From: Parachlamydiales bacterium
GTDB lineage: Bacteria; Chlamydiota; Chlamydiia; Chlamydiales; SM23-39
Direction of reading: 5' to 3'
NCBI GenBank assembly: GCA_963800655.1
Contig: CAWDBT010000001.1
Location: 23,478-87,477, forward strand
Length of the DNA stretch: 64,000 bases
Below, piece after piece: positions 10,101 to 20,441 of this stretch. Each line of letters starts with the position of its first letter. The first letter of the stretch is position 1. The notes below the pieces were generated by a model. It was not told the origin of the DNA. It searched no databases and was given only the letters and a program-made list of their open reading frames with translations. A program made the position numbers and the translations under genes.

Positions 10101-10895
10101 GCTCGATTCGAGTCGCCTCCCCAGGTTTCCGCGCCTTCTTCGAAAATGGCGCTGCTCCAGCGCGAAAAAGAGCTGCTCGGGTTCTATTTGACGGGCCATC
10201 CCATGGATAGCTGCCGCGCAGCGCTCGGGCGTCTTTCCTGCGTGCCGTTTAAAGAATTCGAGAGAATGCCGGACGGGACGATCGTCCGCACCGCATTTGT
10301 CGTCGAGACCGTGCAGATTAAGATCTCGGCTAAATCGCAGCGCAAGTTCGCCATCTTGACGATCAGCGATGGGATAGAGCGCTATGAACTGCCCGTTTGG
10401 TCCGATCTCTTCGAGGAAAAAGGGATGTTCCTCAGGGAAAACCAGATGTTATATGGGATCGTCGCGATCGAAAAACAAGGCGGCGAAGCGGTGCATCTTC
10501 AAGCGAAGTTTTTAGACGATTTGACCGCCGTCGATGAGTCGAAGATCAAGGCGTTCGACGATTTCTACGACCGGCTCAAAAGCCAGGCGAAGCCCATGAA
10601 CAGGTCAAACGACAAGGGGAAAAAAGTGCAGCCCAAACAACCTCAGGCTCCGGAAGCCGCCGGCCAGCTCCATATCCGCGTCGATGCCGATGATTTTCGG
10701 CTGACTCAGGTTTTGACGCTCAAGCAGATATTTCGCGATCATCCGGGCAAGTCGAATGTGAAAATTTTATTTGAAAGCGAGGGGAAACCGGTCGGCTCCC
10801 TTCAGATAGAATCTCCTTGGGGCATCGATCTCCAAGCGGGCCTCATTGCAAAGCTCGAGCAAATCGAGGGGCTTTCCTGGGAACGCAGGGATTAA
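7163..10895 (+). CDS. dnaE: DNA polymerase III alpha subunit (one frame disruption near 9785-9800)
   Basis: PHP N-terminus (LNVHSQYSILDS), FERFINPERVSYPDIDVDI and a C-terminal OB region. Track ORFs 7163..9886 and 9723..10895 join as ..EFSATAQG/IRFAMSGIKGVSSNAVE.. at a cccaaggg stretch. Confidence 0.9.
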
Positions 10896-10973
10896 AACCT
10901 CTAAGAGGTCTATTGACAGAATAGCCGATCATTCCCTACGCTTTTTCCTATGCCCTTTTAAGGAATTTTATTC

Positions 10974-11936
10974 ATGAAGCGGTCTCTATTTGCATTTCCG
11001 GTCGCGTTCTTGGCGTGCTCGGCGTCTCTTTGGGCGCAAGCTCAAGAGGTTCCCGTTGAAGAAGTCCTCGCCCAGCCGGCCGAAGAGCAGCGGCATTCCG
11101 TGCAAGAGTTCTATAGCTTTATGCAAGAGGCGATCGACGATGAAGATTGGTGGTCTGCGATCGATTACGCCGAAATCGTCCTCTACAACTATCCGGAGTC
11201 CCCATTTGCCCAAGAAATCCCTTACTTCATCGGGCAGTCTTATTATCGGCTGAAGCAATACGAACTCGCAAACAATGCGCTTACCGATTACCTGAAAAAA
11301 ACGATATCCCCTAAGTTTTTCCAGGAAGCGATCGAAATGAAGTTCGATATCGCCGAGTTTTTCCGCGAAGGCGGGAAAAAAAGACTCTTCTCTTCGCATA
11401 AGATGCCCGCGATCATTCCGGCTCGCGAAGATGCGATTCAAATTTACGACGAAGTGATCGCCACCTTGCCCCACCACGAGATCGCAGCGAAAGCTCTCCT
11501 TGGAAAAGCGAGAGTCCAGGCTTACCTGGAAGATTACAAGCCCAGCATCGAAACGCTTCAGCTCCTCATTCGCCGGTTTCCAAGGCACGATTTAGCCATC
11601 GAGGGATATCTAGAGATCGCCAAAGTGTATCTCGGGCAATGCGAGGCGCAGCAACTCGATCCCGACGTCCTCGGCCTTGCAGAGGCGAATATCCGCAAAT
11701 TCCGCGCTGCGTTTCCCCGCGAGGAGCGCGTCCGGGAAGCCGAGAAGGCATTGGACGATATGCGCGAAGTGTTCGCTCGCTCCATGCTGGAAACCGCCGA
11801 ATTTTTTCAGCGCCGCAGCAAAAACGACGCCTCCGTGATTTATTTCACGAAGGTGATTTCCAAATACCCCCGTACTCAAGCCGCCGAGGTGGCGCGGGCG
11901 AAGCTCGAAGCGCTGCAGAAGGCCGGAGCTTTGTAG
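10974..11936 (+). CDS. TPR-repeat outer-membrane assembly lipoprotein-like protein (BamD/YfiO-like)
   Basis: 320 aa with a signal peptide (MKRSLFAFPVAFLACSASLWA) and TPR-like helices (YPESPFAQEIPYFIGQSYYRLKQYELA). The family call rests on pattern only. Confidence 0.45.
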   Translation: MKRSLFAFPVAFLACSASLWAQAQEVPVEEVLAQPAEEQRHSVQEFYSFMQEAIDDEDWWSAIDYAEIVLYNYPESPFAQEIPYFIGQSYYRLKQYELANNALTDYLKKTISPKFFQEAIEMKFDIAEFFREGGKKRLFSSHKMPAIIPAREDAIQIYDEVIATLPHHEIAAKALLGKARVQAYLEDYKPSIETLQLLIRRFPRHDLAIEGYLEIAKVYLGQCEAQQLDPDVLGLAEANIRKFRAAFPREERVREAEKALDDMREVFARSMLETAEFFQRRSKNDASVIYFTKVISKYPRTQAAEVARAKLEALQKAGAL

Positions 11937-11966
11937 ACACCCTCTAAGACCGATGCATAGGTCGTT

Positions 11967-12584
11967 TTGGAAACTAAATTTTTTCCCCTCTGTTTAAAAC
12001 GTTTTTTGCTCGCCATCTCCGTTTGTTTTTTCGCCTGCATGTCCGGCTGCGGATATGAATGGAGAGGAGCCGATGCCGTGCAAACGATTTCCATCCCCTA
12101 CGTCTGCAATGATGAAGACGGTTCTTTGACCGCCGAGCTGATTCGAACCTTTGTCAGCGAATCCTATTTCCGGGTGATTCGCAGCGGAGCGAAATATCGG
12201 CTCGAAGCCTCGATCGTGCATCGGCAAAACGATGAGATCGGCTATCAGACCAATCCCCAGAAAATCAAAGGAAAAATACACAAAAATCTCGTCGACGACC
12301 AAGCGAGGAAGACGATCGCCGTCGATGTCACCCTGTTCGACGAGGAGAGTAAAATAGCCATGTTCGGCCCCTGCAGGATCGAAGCCGACGAAGTATACGA
12401 TTATGTAGATGGGGATTCGCTGCAGGATTTGGCATTTCAAGATTCAAAAGGAAGAGGGCGTTCAGTCCTCGAATTTTCCTTGGGACAGCTCGAGCCAAGC
12501 GGAGCCGCTCAGGAAGCAGCTCTGCGCCCGCTTTATAAGAAAATCGCTAGAAAGATCGCCGAGGCGATTGCCTCCGCCTATTGA
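11967..12584 (+). CDS. LptE-like lipoprotein
   Basis: 205 aa with a TTG start. The signal peptide ends in MSGC followed by GYEWRG, resembling the LptE N-terminus (..CGFhLRG). Its position after a BamD-like gene fits an outer-membrane biogenesis pair. Confidence 0.4.
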   Translation: METKFFPLCLKRFLLAISVCFFACMSGCGYEWRGADAVQTISIPYVCNDEDGSLTAELIRTFVSESYFRVIRSGAKYRLEASIVHRQNDEIGYQTNPQKIKGKIHKNLVDDQARKTIAVDVTLFDEESKIAMFGPCRIEADEVYDYVDGDSLQDLAFQDSKGRGRSVLEFSLGQLEPSGAAQEAALRPLYKKIARKIAEAIASAY

Positions 12585-12594
12585 CTCGAAAGGC

Positions 12595-13034
12595 TTATTC
12601 AGCCGCGCGGTTTTTTTCAATTGAAAGCAAGGTCGCTTCGGTTTCCTGCACTTCTTTTAAGAAATGCTGAAAGATCTTGAGCACGTAATGAGGGGTGTTA
12701 TAGATTCCGGAAGTCGTAAATACAATTTCCAGATGGGGTTTTTCCCCTTGGTTCAAGGCGATCAGCACGAAGGTGATCGGATTTTCCTGGTCTGCACGGG
12801 GAACGATCCAAATTAGAAATTGGTCGTTGAACAAGGTTACTTTTTCAACGCTTTCGACACATGGAAATATTGGGAGAGATCTTCCGGTTCTTCATAATCA
12901 TCCTGTAAGGAGCCGAGAAGCCCTTGCTCGTGAAGGAAATGGAGATTGATTTGAAGGATTCCATCATGGGCGCATTTAGACAGATCCCGGATAAATTCTT
13001 TGTAGGCTTCCTCGATTTGAATTGGATTTAACAT
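12595..13034 (-). CDS. Small acidic hypothetical protein, split into 65-aa and 79-aa ORFs at a T5/A5 run
   Basis: ORFs 12837..13034 and 12595..12834 are 2 nt apart in different frames. One extra A in the A5 run (plus-strand T5 at 12841-12845) would fuse them into one acidic protein of about 146 aa (..QYFHVSKALKKVTLFNDQFLIWIVP..). No family recognised. Confidence 0.4.
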
Positions 13035-13361
13035 ATCAAACCCCTTGGTTGCCTATCTCTCCGTTTCCTCATTGTATGTATTAGTAAAAACTAAGTCAAC
13101 AATAATGAAATATATTAATATAAATTGTTTTGTTATAGTTAATTGTATTTACAAAATCTAAAAACTAATGCTTTCTGTGATTTTAGATCCGGTGCGGATG
13201 AACGATTCCGCCTTAATTCCTAAAATCCATTCTTTCCCGAAAGCATCGATCGAGATAAGTCCGCGCTGTCGAAAGTAGTCTAGAAGTCGGTGTTTTGTTT
13301 TAAATCCGGAACTATAAGTCCTTTAAAGAAAGAAGGGGGGATTCGTTCCTTAAACATCACT

Positions 13362-13901
13362 TCATTGCCTGGATAATAGCGATGCTGCGAATTTTGTTCT
13401 TCGCGGATAAATTCCAGGATGCTTGGGCGATGCGCATAGATATAGTGCTGCCAAACCAAGGGCTATTGCGGGAGCCAAAGAAATCATAGTGGTATTGATA
13501 GGTCCCTGTTCCAAGGCGTCCAAAGAGATGAGATTCGGACTTCGCTTTGATAATAAAAGGAATTCCAAGGCCGGTTTTCGCGGCAATCTTTTTCTGTGAC
13601 AGCTGAGTAAAACGCTGTCGGCTCCCCCGGACCAATAATCGGCTAACCGCCGCTCAAGCCGTTGATCCCAAGTTATTGGAGTCGCTGGTTTCGGTCGAGA
13701 GCATGCCCAATTTTCAGAACGGAGGCGATTCGCTTGAATGAGCTTGCTTCCGAGTAGACCCCTGTGATCGCGGCGGTCAAAGGCGCTAGCTCCCAGGGCA
13801 TAGGCGGCTTTGGCAAGCCATGATTCGGTAGCGCATCTTCCCCGGGCAAGATTTCCGTTTGCTCTCATCTGTTCGAAATAGATTTCAAAGACGTCTTTCA
13901 T
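13362..13901 (-). CDS. Hypothetical protein (probably frame-disrupted)
   Basis: A 179-aa ORF. An overlapping frame (13357..13635) reads more protein-like (GLGIPFIIKAKSESHLFGRLGTGTYQYHYDFFGS), which suggests an internal shift. No family recognised. Confidence 0.3.
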   Translation of the reverse strand: MKDVFEIYFEQMRANGNLARGRCATESWLAKAAYALGASAFDRRDHRGLLGSKLIQANRLRSENWACSRPKPATPITWDQRLERRLADYWSGGADSVLLSCHRKRLPRKPALEFLLLSKRSPNLISLDALEQGPINTTMISLAPAIALGLAALYLCASPKHPGIYPRRTKFAASLLSRQ

Positions 13902-13948
13902 AGCCGGGCGAGCTGGATCATCTTAGTTTTCAGGTCTTCCAGCGAAAG

Positions 13949-15188
13949 TTAAAAGAATTCGCAAGAGCGTTCAAATGAGAGGGCTTCCCGTGGAAAAAAC
14001 GTGCGGAACAGATGGCCCAATTTTAACCGCTCGATATCTTCGTGCGTGGAGAGTCGAAGCGCATCGTCGAGATCCATAAATGCGATCAGTTCGTGCAATC
14101 GTAGATAGTTTTGTCGTTATCCATCCGAATGATCAGGCGGTCGTAAAGATTTGGACAATCGAGAGAAGCTCCCAGAACGATCGTTCCAAGCCCTTCGATC
14201 GACAATTCCCGGGCGAACCCCATCTTCGTATTGCCAAAAGTGAAAGGGATCGTTCTGAAGGAAATAGATGTTCCATGGGATCCGGTGATCGAGAGGATGT
14301 CTTTCACGTCTTTGGGATCGAGGGACGAGAGATATTCAAACGCTTCGTCTATCCGCCCTCGAAAGGCATGATTGACTTTGAAATCGAGCTCTACGACGGA
14401 TTTGCCGTCGATGATCGCCGTTCTGAATGCGAGATTTTCGCCTTTGACAAGCTCCTTGCCAAAGCCATGAAAATAAGCGCCGAAATCGCGTTTTTCGTCT
14501 GTTGCGTCCGGCAGCAAGACTTTGCGATTTGCGATTTCGGCTTGGAGTTTGCCCAGCGGGCTATCGATCGAGATGGCGGACTTGCCTGCCTTGATGTGCC
14601 CGAGCGAATAATCCTGGTATTTTTGCAATCGCAGCATGGCGTCTCTTCGCCGAATCATATGCAAATAATGGCCGCTTTGATTACGCGCGCGCATCCCAAA
14701 ATGGTTTTGGACGCGCCCTCGATCCAGCGCCCTTTGGAAAATTCAGAGCGCGCCTGATAGAGAGAAATGGACGCTTGAAGAATGGAAAAAATGAGCATCG
14801 TTTCCAGAGGCCCGTGCACATGAAGCCGAGATAAATGCGCTGCTCGTCGATTGGAAGGATTCTTCGGCGAGCTGGGAATATTCTCCATTGAAGAGATGGC
14901 CGAGCCATACGAACTTTGGGCTAAGATCGGCTCCGGTGGTGCAAAAAGACATAAGGAAAATCCAAATAGAGCGCTCGCCAAAGCGGTGATCGCGAGCGCC
15001 GTTTTCCCAACGTCATAGGCCGGATGTTTTGAGTTCGCAAGAATAAATCGAAGAGCGTCTCGAAGGAGATTGCTCCCAATCCAATCCAGTAACCAAGCGG
15101 GCGATAGAGACTGAGAGCGGGAGAGAGGCCATAGAGATTCGGCGAGATTCCCTCTCTTCGTCTGGTTTTGCCGGCACATCGAAGTCAT
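13949..15188 (-). CDS. Hypothetical membrane-anchored protein, frame-disrupted (about 410 aa if rebuilt)
   Basis: ORFs 14655..15188 (hydrophobic GKTALAITALASALFGFSLCLFAPP), 14086..14694, and a hand-read tail LHELIAFMDLDDALRLSTHEDIERLKLGHLFRTFF..* ending at 13949 abut in three frames. AT-rich DNA lies upstream at 15220-15350. Confidence 0.35.
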
Positions 15189-16008
15189 GCCGCCGATGAT
15201 GTTCGCCGGCTAGAAAGACAAGTGTGATTAAAATAATTGATCGAATTCATGTAATAAAATTATAGTCAAAATGCAATTTATTGAGAATCAAAATCAATTA
15301 TATGTGTTTATTTAAAGTATTGTTTTTATTTATCGATATTTTTTTTTTAGAGCAGCGGGCTTCTCCCCTTTCCAGAGAAGCGGCGAATTGTTTGGCTTGG
15401 AACAGGTCGAAGAGAAAGGATTGAGTTCGAAGAGGTTTCGATTTAAAAAATACCGAATCCCCTCTCCGGCAAATCGTTCTCGATCGAGCGGCCCCTCCCT
15501 TTTCGGCCGAGTACCCTCACGGGTCTTAGCCCTTATCGTCTGCGGCAGGCCAAAGTGGTCACTGTAGCGACTTTGCCCGATTCGTTTGAAGCTTGATCTG
15601 CAAGAGATGGAAAAGTCGCCCTAATGGCACGGGAATGTTGCGAGAGATCGAATTCGAGGGATTTGCAGATTGGAGACGGGACGCCGTTCAAGAGGGGCTT
15701 TGCGATCGCTTATGCGCGAGGCGTCGTCCTTGCGAGAATTCGAAAATATCGGCGCGATGAAAAAATGGATCTGTTTTCCATCGGTTATCGCGCTGCGCCA
15801 CGGAGAGCGAAGCCGAAAAATTCGCCGAAGAATTTATCATGAGAGCTGAATTTTTAGAGCTTTTTCCCTGCAGTAACGGAAGGGTTCTTTTCCCTTATAA
15901 ACAGCTAATTATGTTGGTTCTAAAACCAAAAAGCAACGAAGTTCTTCGGGGCGGAAAAGTTGATTGCCGGGATAGGTTCTTTGACGAGAAGAAGTGAGAT
16001 TTGCTAGA

Positions 16009-17200
16009 ATGAAAAGTATGAAATTTTTTTCTTTTGTCCTCATTTGTGTTTTCGGCAGCGGATCATTGTCGCAGCTCCTTTGCAAATTGATGTAAAAGCA
16101 AAATCGGCGATTTTAATGAACGCCGAAACGGGCGTTATTTTATTTGAAAAAGACGCGCATCTTCCTTCTTATCCGGCCAGCACCACAAAAGTGGCTACGG
16201 CGCTCTACCTTTTAGAAGAAAAAAGATCGATCCCGATCGCGTTGTTGTCGTAAGCGGAGAGAGCTTGCGCATGAAGCCGTCCGAAGCGGGATTGGAAAGA
16301 TGTTCCTTCGCATTGGCTCGAGTCCGACGGCACGAAAATGGGTGTCGTAAAGGGAGAAGAAATTGGCGTGGACGCCTTTTGCACGGGATGATGCTGATTT
16401 CGGGCAACGATGCTGCAAATGTCCTCGCGGAAATGGCGAGTGGATCGGTGACTCTTTTTGTCGAAGAGCTCAATGCGTATGTCAAAACGCTCGGATGTTT
16501 AAATACCTCGTTTTGCAATCCGCATGGATTGCATCACCCGGATCATAAGACGACGGCGTATGACATGTGTCTGATTGCTAAAAAAGCGCTGCATCATCCG
16601 AAGTTTCGAGAAGTCGTAGCGGAAGAGTTCTTATATCAAGCCGCGGACGAATAAGCAGCCCGAAGCTCAATTTCGCCAGTTCAACCATCTGCTGCGCACC
16701 GGGCGAAATTCCACGATCCTCGGGTGATCGGCGTAAAGACGGGATACACTTCGCAAGGCTCTGAATACGTTGGTGGCTGCGGCAGAAGCAGGAAGGCCGC
16801 ACTCTCGTCGCCGTCATTTTAGGTTGCGAAAAACGGGAAGACCGCTATGTCGATGCGAAAAAAATGTTCGACGCAGCATTTGGCGAGCAAAAAGTTATCG
16901 GGAGCTTTTGGGCGATGATAAAAAATATCTGCATCCGGTCGAAGGCGCGAAGTCAGATCTGATCGCTCGGCTTTCATCCCGCTTTCAATTGATTATTTTC
17001 CTTCGGAAGAACCCGAAGTGAAGGCGTATCTCCATTGGGAATTGCCTTCTTTGCCCATTTCTAAGGGACAGCAAGTCGGAGAAGTGCGGCTGATCGAGCT
17101 AAGAGGGGAGATGCTCAAGGCGGTGCCTCTGCTGGCCGAATATGCAGTCGAACCTACCTGGATCTTTAGTCTTAAAGAGAAGTGGCGACTTCTTTTCTAA
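16009..17200 (+). CDS. dacC: D-alanyl-D-alanine carboxypeptidase (PBP5/6-type, peptidase S11), multiply frame-disrupted
   Basis: Signal peptide MKSMKFFSFVLICVFGSG. The SxxK (YPASTTK), SxN (LISGNDAA) and KTG (GVKTGYT) motifs lie in different frames across ORFs 16044.., 16265.., 16770.. and 17018... The C-terminal beta-sandwich piece ends at 17200. Confidence 0.8.
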
Positions 17201-17987
17201 CGCCGGTGTCTTCGCTTTGGTAAAGTTCAACCCAGTTCGCTAAAGAGAGTGCTTCGGGGCGCAGAGATTGAAAAGGTTCTCGGCGAATGCCCAGGGTGGA
17301 GCGTAGCATTTTTCTGCGCTGAGAGAAGCCTTTTCTTACAAAGGCAAAAAATTCTGCGGGATAGTGCGGTCTGGGAGAATGAAAGATCAGTCTACAACGC
17401 TCGAATCGACTCCGGGAACGGGAAAGAATGCATTTCTCGATATATTAACTGCGATAGATGTTGCTCCGTGCGCTTGCAAAAAAATCGAAAAAGAACTCAT
17501 TTCTTTAGTGCCTACATCCGCGACGATGCGATGAGCGACTTCTTTTTGTACAATCAGCCAGGCCGCAGAAAAACAGAGAGCTGTGCGCGCAGATTTTTTC
17601 TAGAATCGATGAAGTAATGTGGTAGGGGAGATTCGCCACGATTTTCAGTGGGGCGCAGCCTGCGAGCTTATTAAAATCAAATGCGAGAATATCGGCTTCG
17701 TAGACCGTAAGTCGGCCATCTTGGTCGAGGCGGCCAAGGGCGGATGCAAAACGGGTGTCTTTTTCAATTGCGATTATGTGAGCGCCCGCATTGAGCAAAG
17801 CTTCCGTAAGCGCGCCGGGTCCCGAGCCGATTTCCAAAACGATATCGTTCGGTTGTATCTTTGCTGCGGATATGATGTTGCGGACGATGTTGGCGTCGAT
17901 CAGAAAGTTTTGAGAAAGCCTCCTTTTAGGGAAGGCGTCGAGCTTGCGCAAAAAGGGAAACAATTCGGAAGGGTGCGCAAGCGTCAT
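17172..17987 (-). CDS. rsmA: 16S rRNA (adenine1518/1519-N6)-dimethyltransferase, frame-disrupted
   Basis: The N-terminal 160-aa ORF carries LSQNFLID and VLEIGSGPGALT. By hand the rest reads WLIVQKEVAHRIVA..AFFPVPGVDSSVV and FFAFVRKGFSQRRKMLRSTL..* in other frames. The ATG overlaps the upstream gene's stop. Confidence 0.8.
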
Positions 17988-19029
17988 TGAAGCTGGAAGG
18001 GCTGTAAATCTTCAGGAACGGTTTCTTTCAGGTGAGTTGAATCAAATCCATAGCGGCTGCGCAGCTTTTGAAGATATTGTTCCGATTCTTTGGCGATGTG
18101 TTTTTGCGTAAGGGCCTGCCTTAATTGAGATGCGACATCTTCAAATGCAGGAGCCGGGTGGTCTCGTTTTTCGGCGAGATAAAAAATTCGATAGACCGGT
18201 TTCCGTTCGGTTCGGCTGATTTGCTCGATTGGTTGGCTGTAGGAACCTTTTTCTAAGGAATTCAGCGCGACCTTATGGGACTCGGACAGATCGCAATCTC
18301 GCGCCGCATATTCATTGGATACTTGGATCGAGCAACTCGGAAAAAGTTTTTCCAGGTCGGCGGCAAAATCCGCAAGCGATTCGACCGGACGGTTGGCCTC
18401 CGTAAAGCGGCGATGAATTTCTTCGGGAAAGGCTTTTCCATTTTCTTGGGAGCGCACCGAAATAACGCGATAGGTCAAATTTTGATAGGCCGGGTGTTTG
18501 GCGAGATATTCTTTGTAGGCTTCGGCGGATTGCTTGAGGACCCACTGCTTGGATCGCTTTCGATTGCACGAAAAACCAAACCATCCTTTGGACGAGTTGA
18601 GGTCATTTTTGACCATTTTCCAAGCGTCTTCATAGCTTACGCCGATCGTTTCCAGCGTGGCTAAGATGTTCGGGCCGAACCGCCGCTCCATTTCTTCGCG
18701 CACTTCGCCATCCGAAATCTTCATTTCCTTGGTTTCGGCATCGGCGAAAATGAGTTCGTTGTCGATCATTTCCATCAGGATCTGACGCCAGCTGGAGCTA
18801 TAGAATTGAAAGCGAGCCTGGGGGGATTCGGCATACTGAGGGTAGTTTTGATGCAGAAGCAAATCCATTTTTTTTATGACGTCGACGACCGAAATCGTCT
18901 GGCCGTTGACTTTTGCGAGGATGGCGTTTTGCACGGAGAGTTTTTCGGAAAACTGTCCGGGATGGGCACTCGGCCAAGAGAGGGGATAAACTAACGGCCA
19001 AAAAAAAAGAATGGAAAAATCAAGTTCAT
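17984..19029 (-). CDS. SurA-N-domain-like periplasmic chaperone (5' end uncertain)
   Basis: The 316-aa ORF 17984..18934 (ILAKVNGQTISVVDV..) is open upstream to 19030 but has no in-frame ATG. An ATG at 19029 encodes MNLIFPFFFF and is one base out of frame across an A9 run (19000-19008). Confidence 0.45.
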
Positions 19030-19083
19030 GTCAGACCTTCAGATGCGGTTAGAATAACAAATTTCTCTCTATTCTGGGTAGCT

Positions 19084-20216
19084 TCAAGATTTTTTTTGGA
19101 AAACCGCTCCAAAAAAACCGTCTGGACCGTGCGGAGTTGGGAGGATGGCCAAAGGCGAATCGATCAGGGAGAGCGGCAGGGTTTTCAGGAAATAAGAGAC
19201 CTGTTCTTCGTTCTCTTTGGGAAAGATGCTGCAAGTCGCATAGACGATATAGCCGCCAGGGCGCGACAAAAGGGAAGCCTTGACAAAAATATTCCTTTGC
19301 TCTGCGGCCAGGCGATCCAAAAGAGATCATCCGCTTTCCATTTCATGTCGGGATTGCGCCGATAGGTGCCCGATCCGCTGCAGGGGACATCGGCCAGTAC
19401 CCAATCTATTTTGTTTTTAACGAGGCAAGGCGGGGGTGGTCGGGTTCGAGCGGTTGCGAGTTCTGGACGCCGGCTCTGCGGAGCGTGCGCCGAGCTTCAA
19501 TTAGGATCGAAGGGCGGATGTCGTGCAGATAGATCTGACCTTTCCCATTCATCTGAGGAGCGATCGCAAGGCTTTTTCCCCCGCTGCCGCTGCAATAGTC
19601 GAGCACTTGTTCGCCTTGTTTGGGGTCGCACCAGGGAGGCGACGAGCTGGCTTCCCTCGTCTTGGATTTCAAAGAGTCCGTCTTTAAATTCGGGAAGAGA
19701 GGTCAAAGCTTCTTTTTTATTGAAGCGAATCCCCGCTTCCGCCCGCACACAGGGTTCGACGCCGAAGCGATCCTTCCAAGAAGATAAAAGGGCTTCTCGC
19801 GGGTCGTTTTGAGCAAATTTGCGCGAACCGTCAGAGGGGCAGGGGTCATTGAGGGCGCGGCAGAGTTCCGCCGCGCGTTCTTCTCCATAGGACGCAGAAA
19901 GTTCCTCAAATAACCATTGAGAACCCCCAGAGCGAACCCAGAAGGGGAATTTCTTGGGTGTAAAGCAAGCGAGATCGAGCCCCGCCCAAAGATTCAGCCG
20001 ATCCATCCAGTTCGAAGGCCCGGCGAGCAAGTGGTCGAGGACGCCTTTCCAGCGGATGAGCGCATAGGCGGTGTCCCCTATGTAGCGCCGGTCATGGGTC
20101 CCATACTCCGATGGGCTTTTGCATAATTGCTAAAGGCTATATCCAACGGTTTCGGCTCGCGTTCGAACCCGTTTAAAAAAGCGAAGAGATGGTTGGTCTC
20201 GGAATGGGCATTTCAT
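19084..20216 (-). CDS. RsmB/Sun-family RNA m5C methyltransferase, multiply frame-disrupted
   Basis: Fragments carry a NusB-like N-terminus (DTAYALIRWKGVLDHL), the SAM site (VLDYCSGSGGKSLAIA) and the catalytic PGGYIVYATCSIFPKENE. They lie in at least 4 frame segments (ORFs 19497.., 19406.., 19084..). Confidence 0.7.
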
Positions 20217-20441
20217 GCAGCTGAAGATTTTATTGATTTCCCATTTAAAATTACAGGGAAACTGACTTGAAGAATAAGAGAGGGTCTGCAAAGTAAATAA
20301 ACCTATCCCAGTCGTTCCTTTCGCCCGGTGTTTCAGGGTTGAAAAAATGATTTGGATAGCTCAGAGGATGTCTGCAAAAATCGGAAGGGCTCACTTTGAT
20401 AGACGCTCTCTCATGTATATTGAAACTCTATGCGTGGATCT

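Noticed and set aside
15351-15620. Possible RNase P RNA, tmRNA or SRP RNA in the ORF-free region. 'agcccttatcgtc' vaguely resembles the RNase P ..CCGGCTTATCGG.. and 'gaggtttcgat' resembles the tmRNA GGTTTCGAC.
   Set aside because: The partner signatures are absent on both strands at the required distances: GGAAAGTCC (P4), a 5' GGGG with a 3' TCCACCA, and GGAAGGAAGCAGC.
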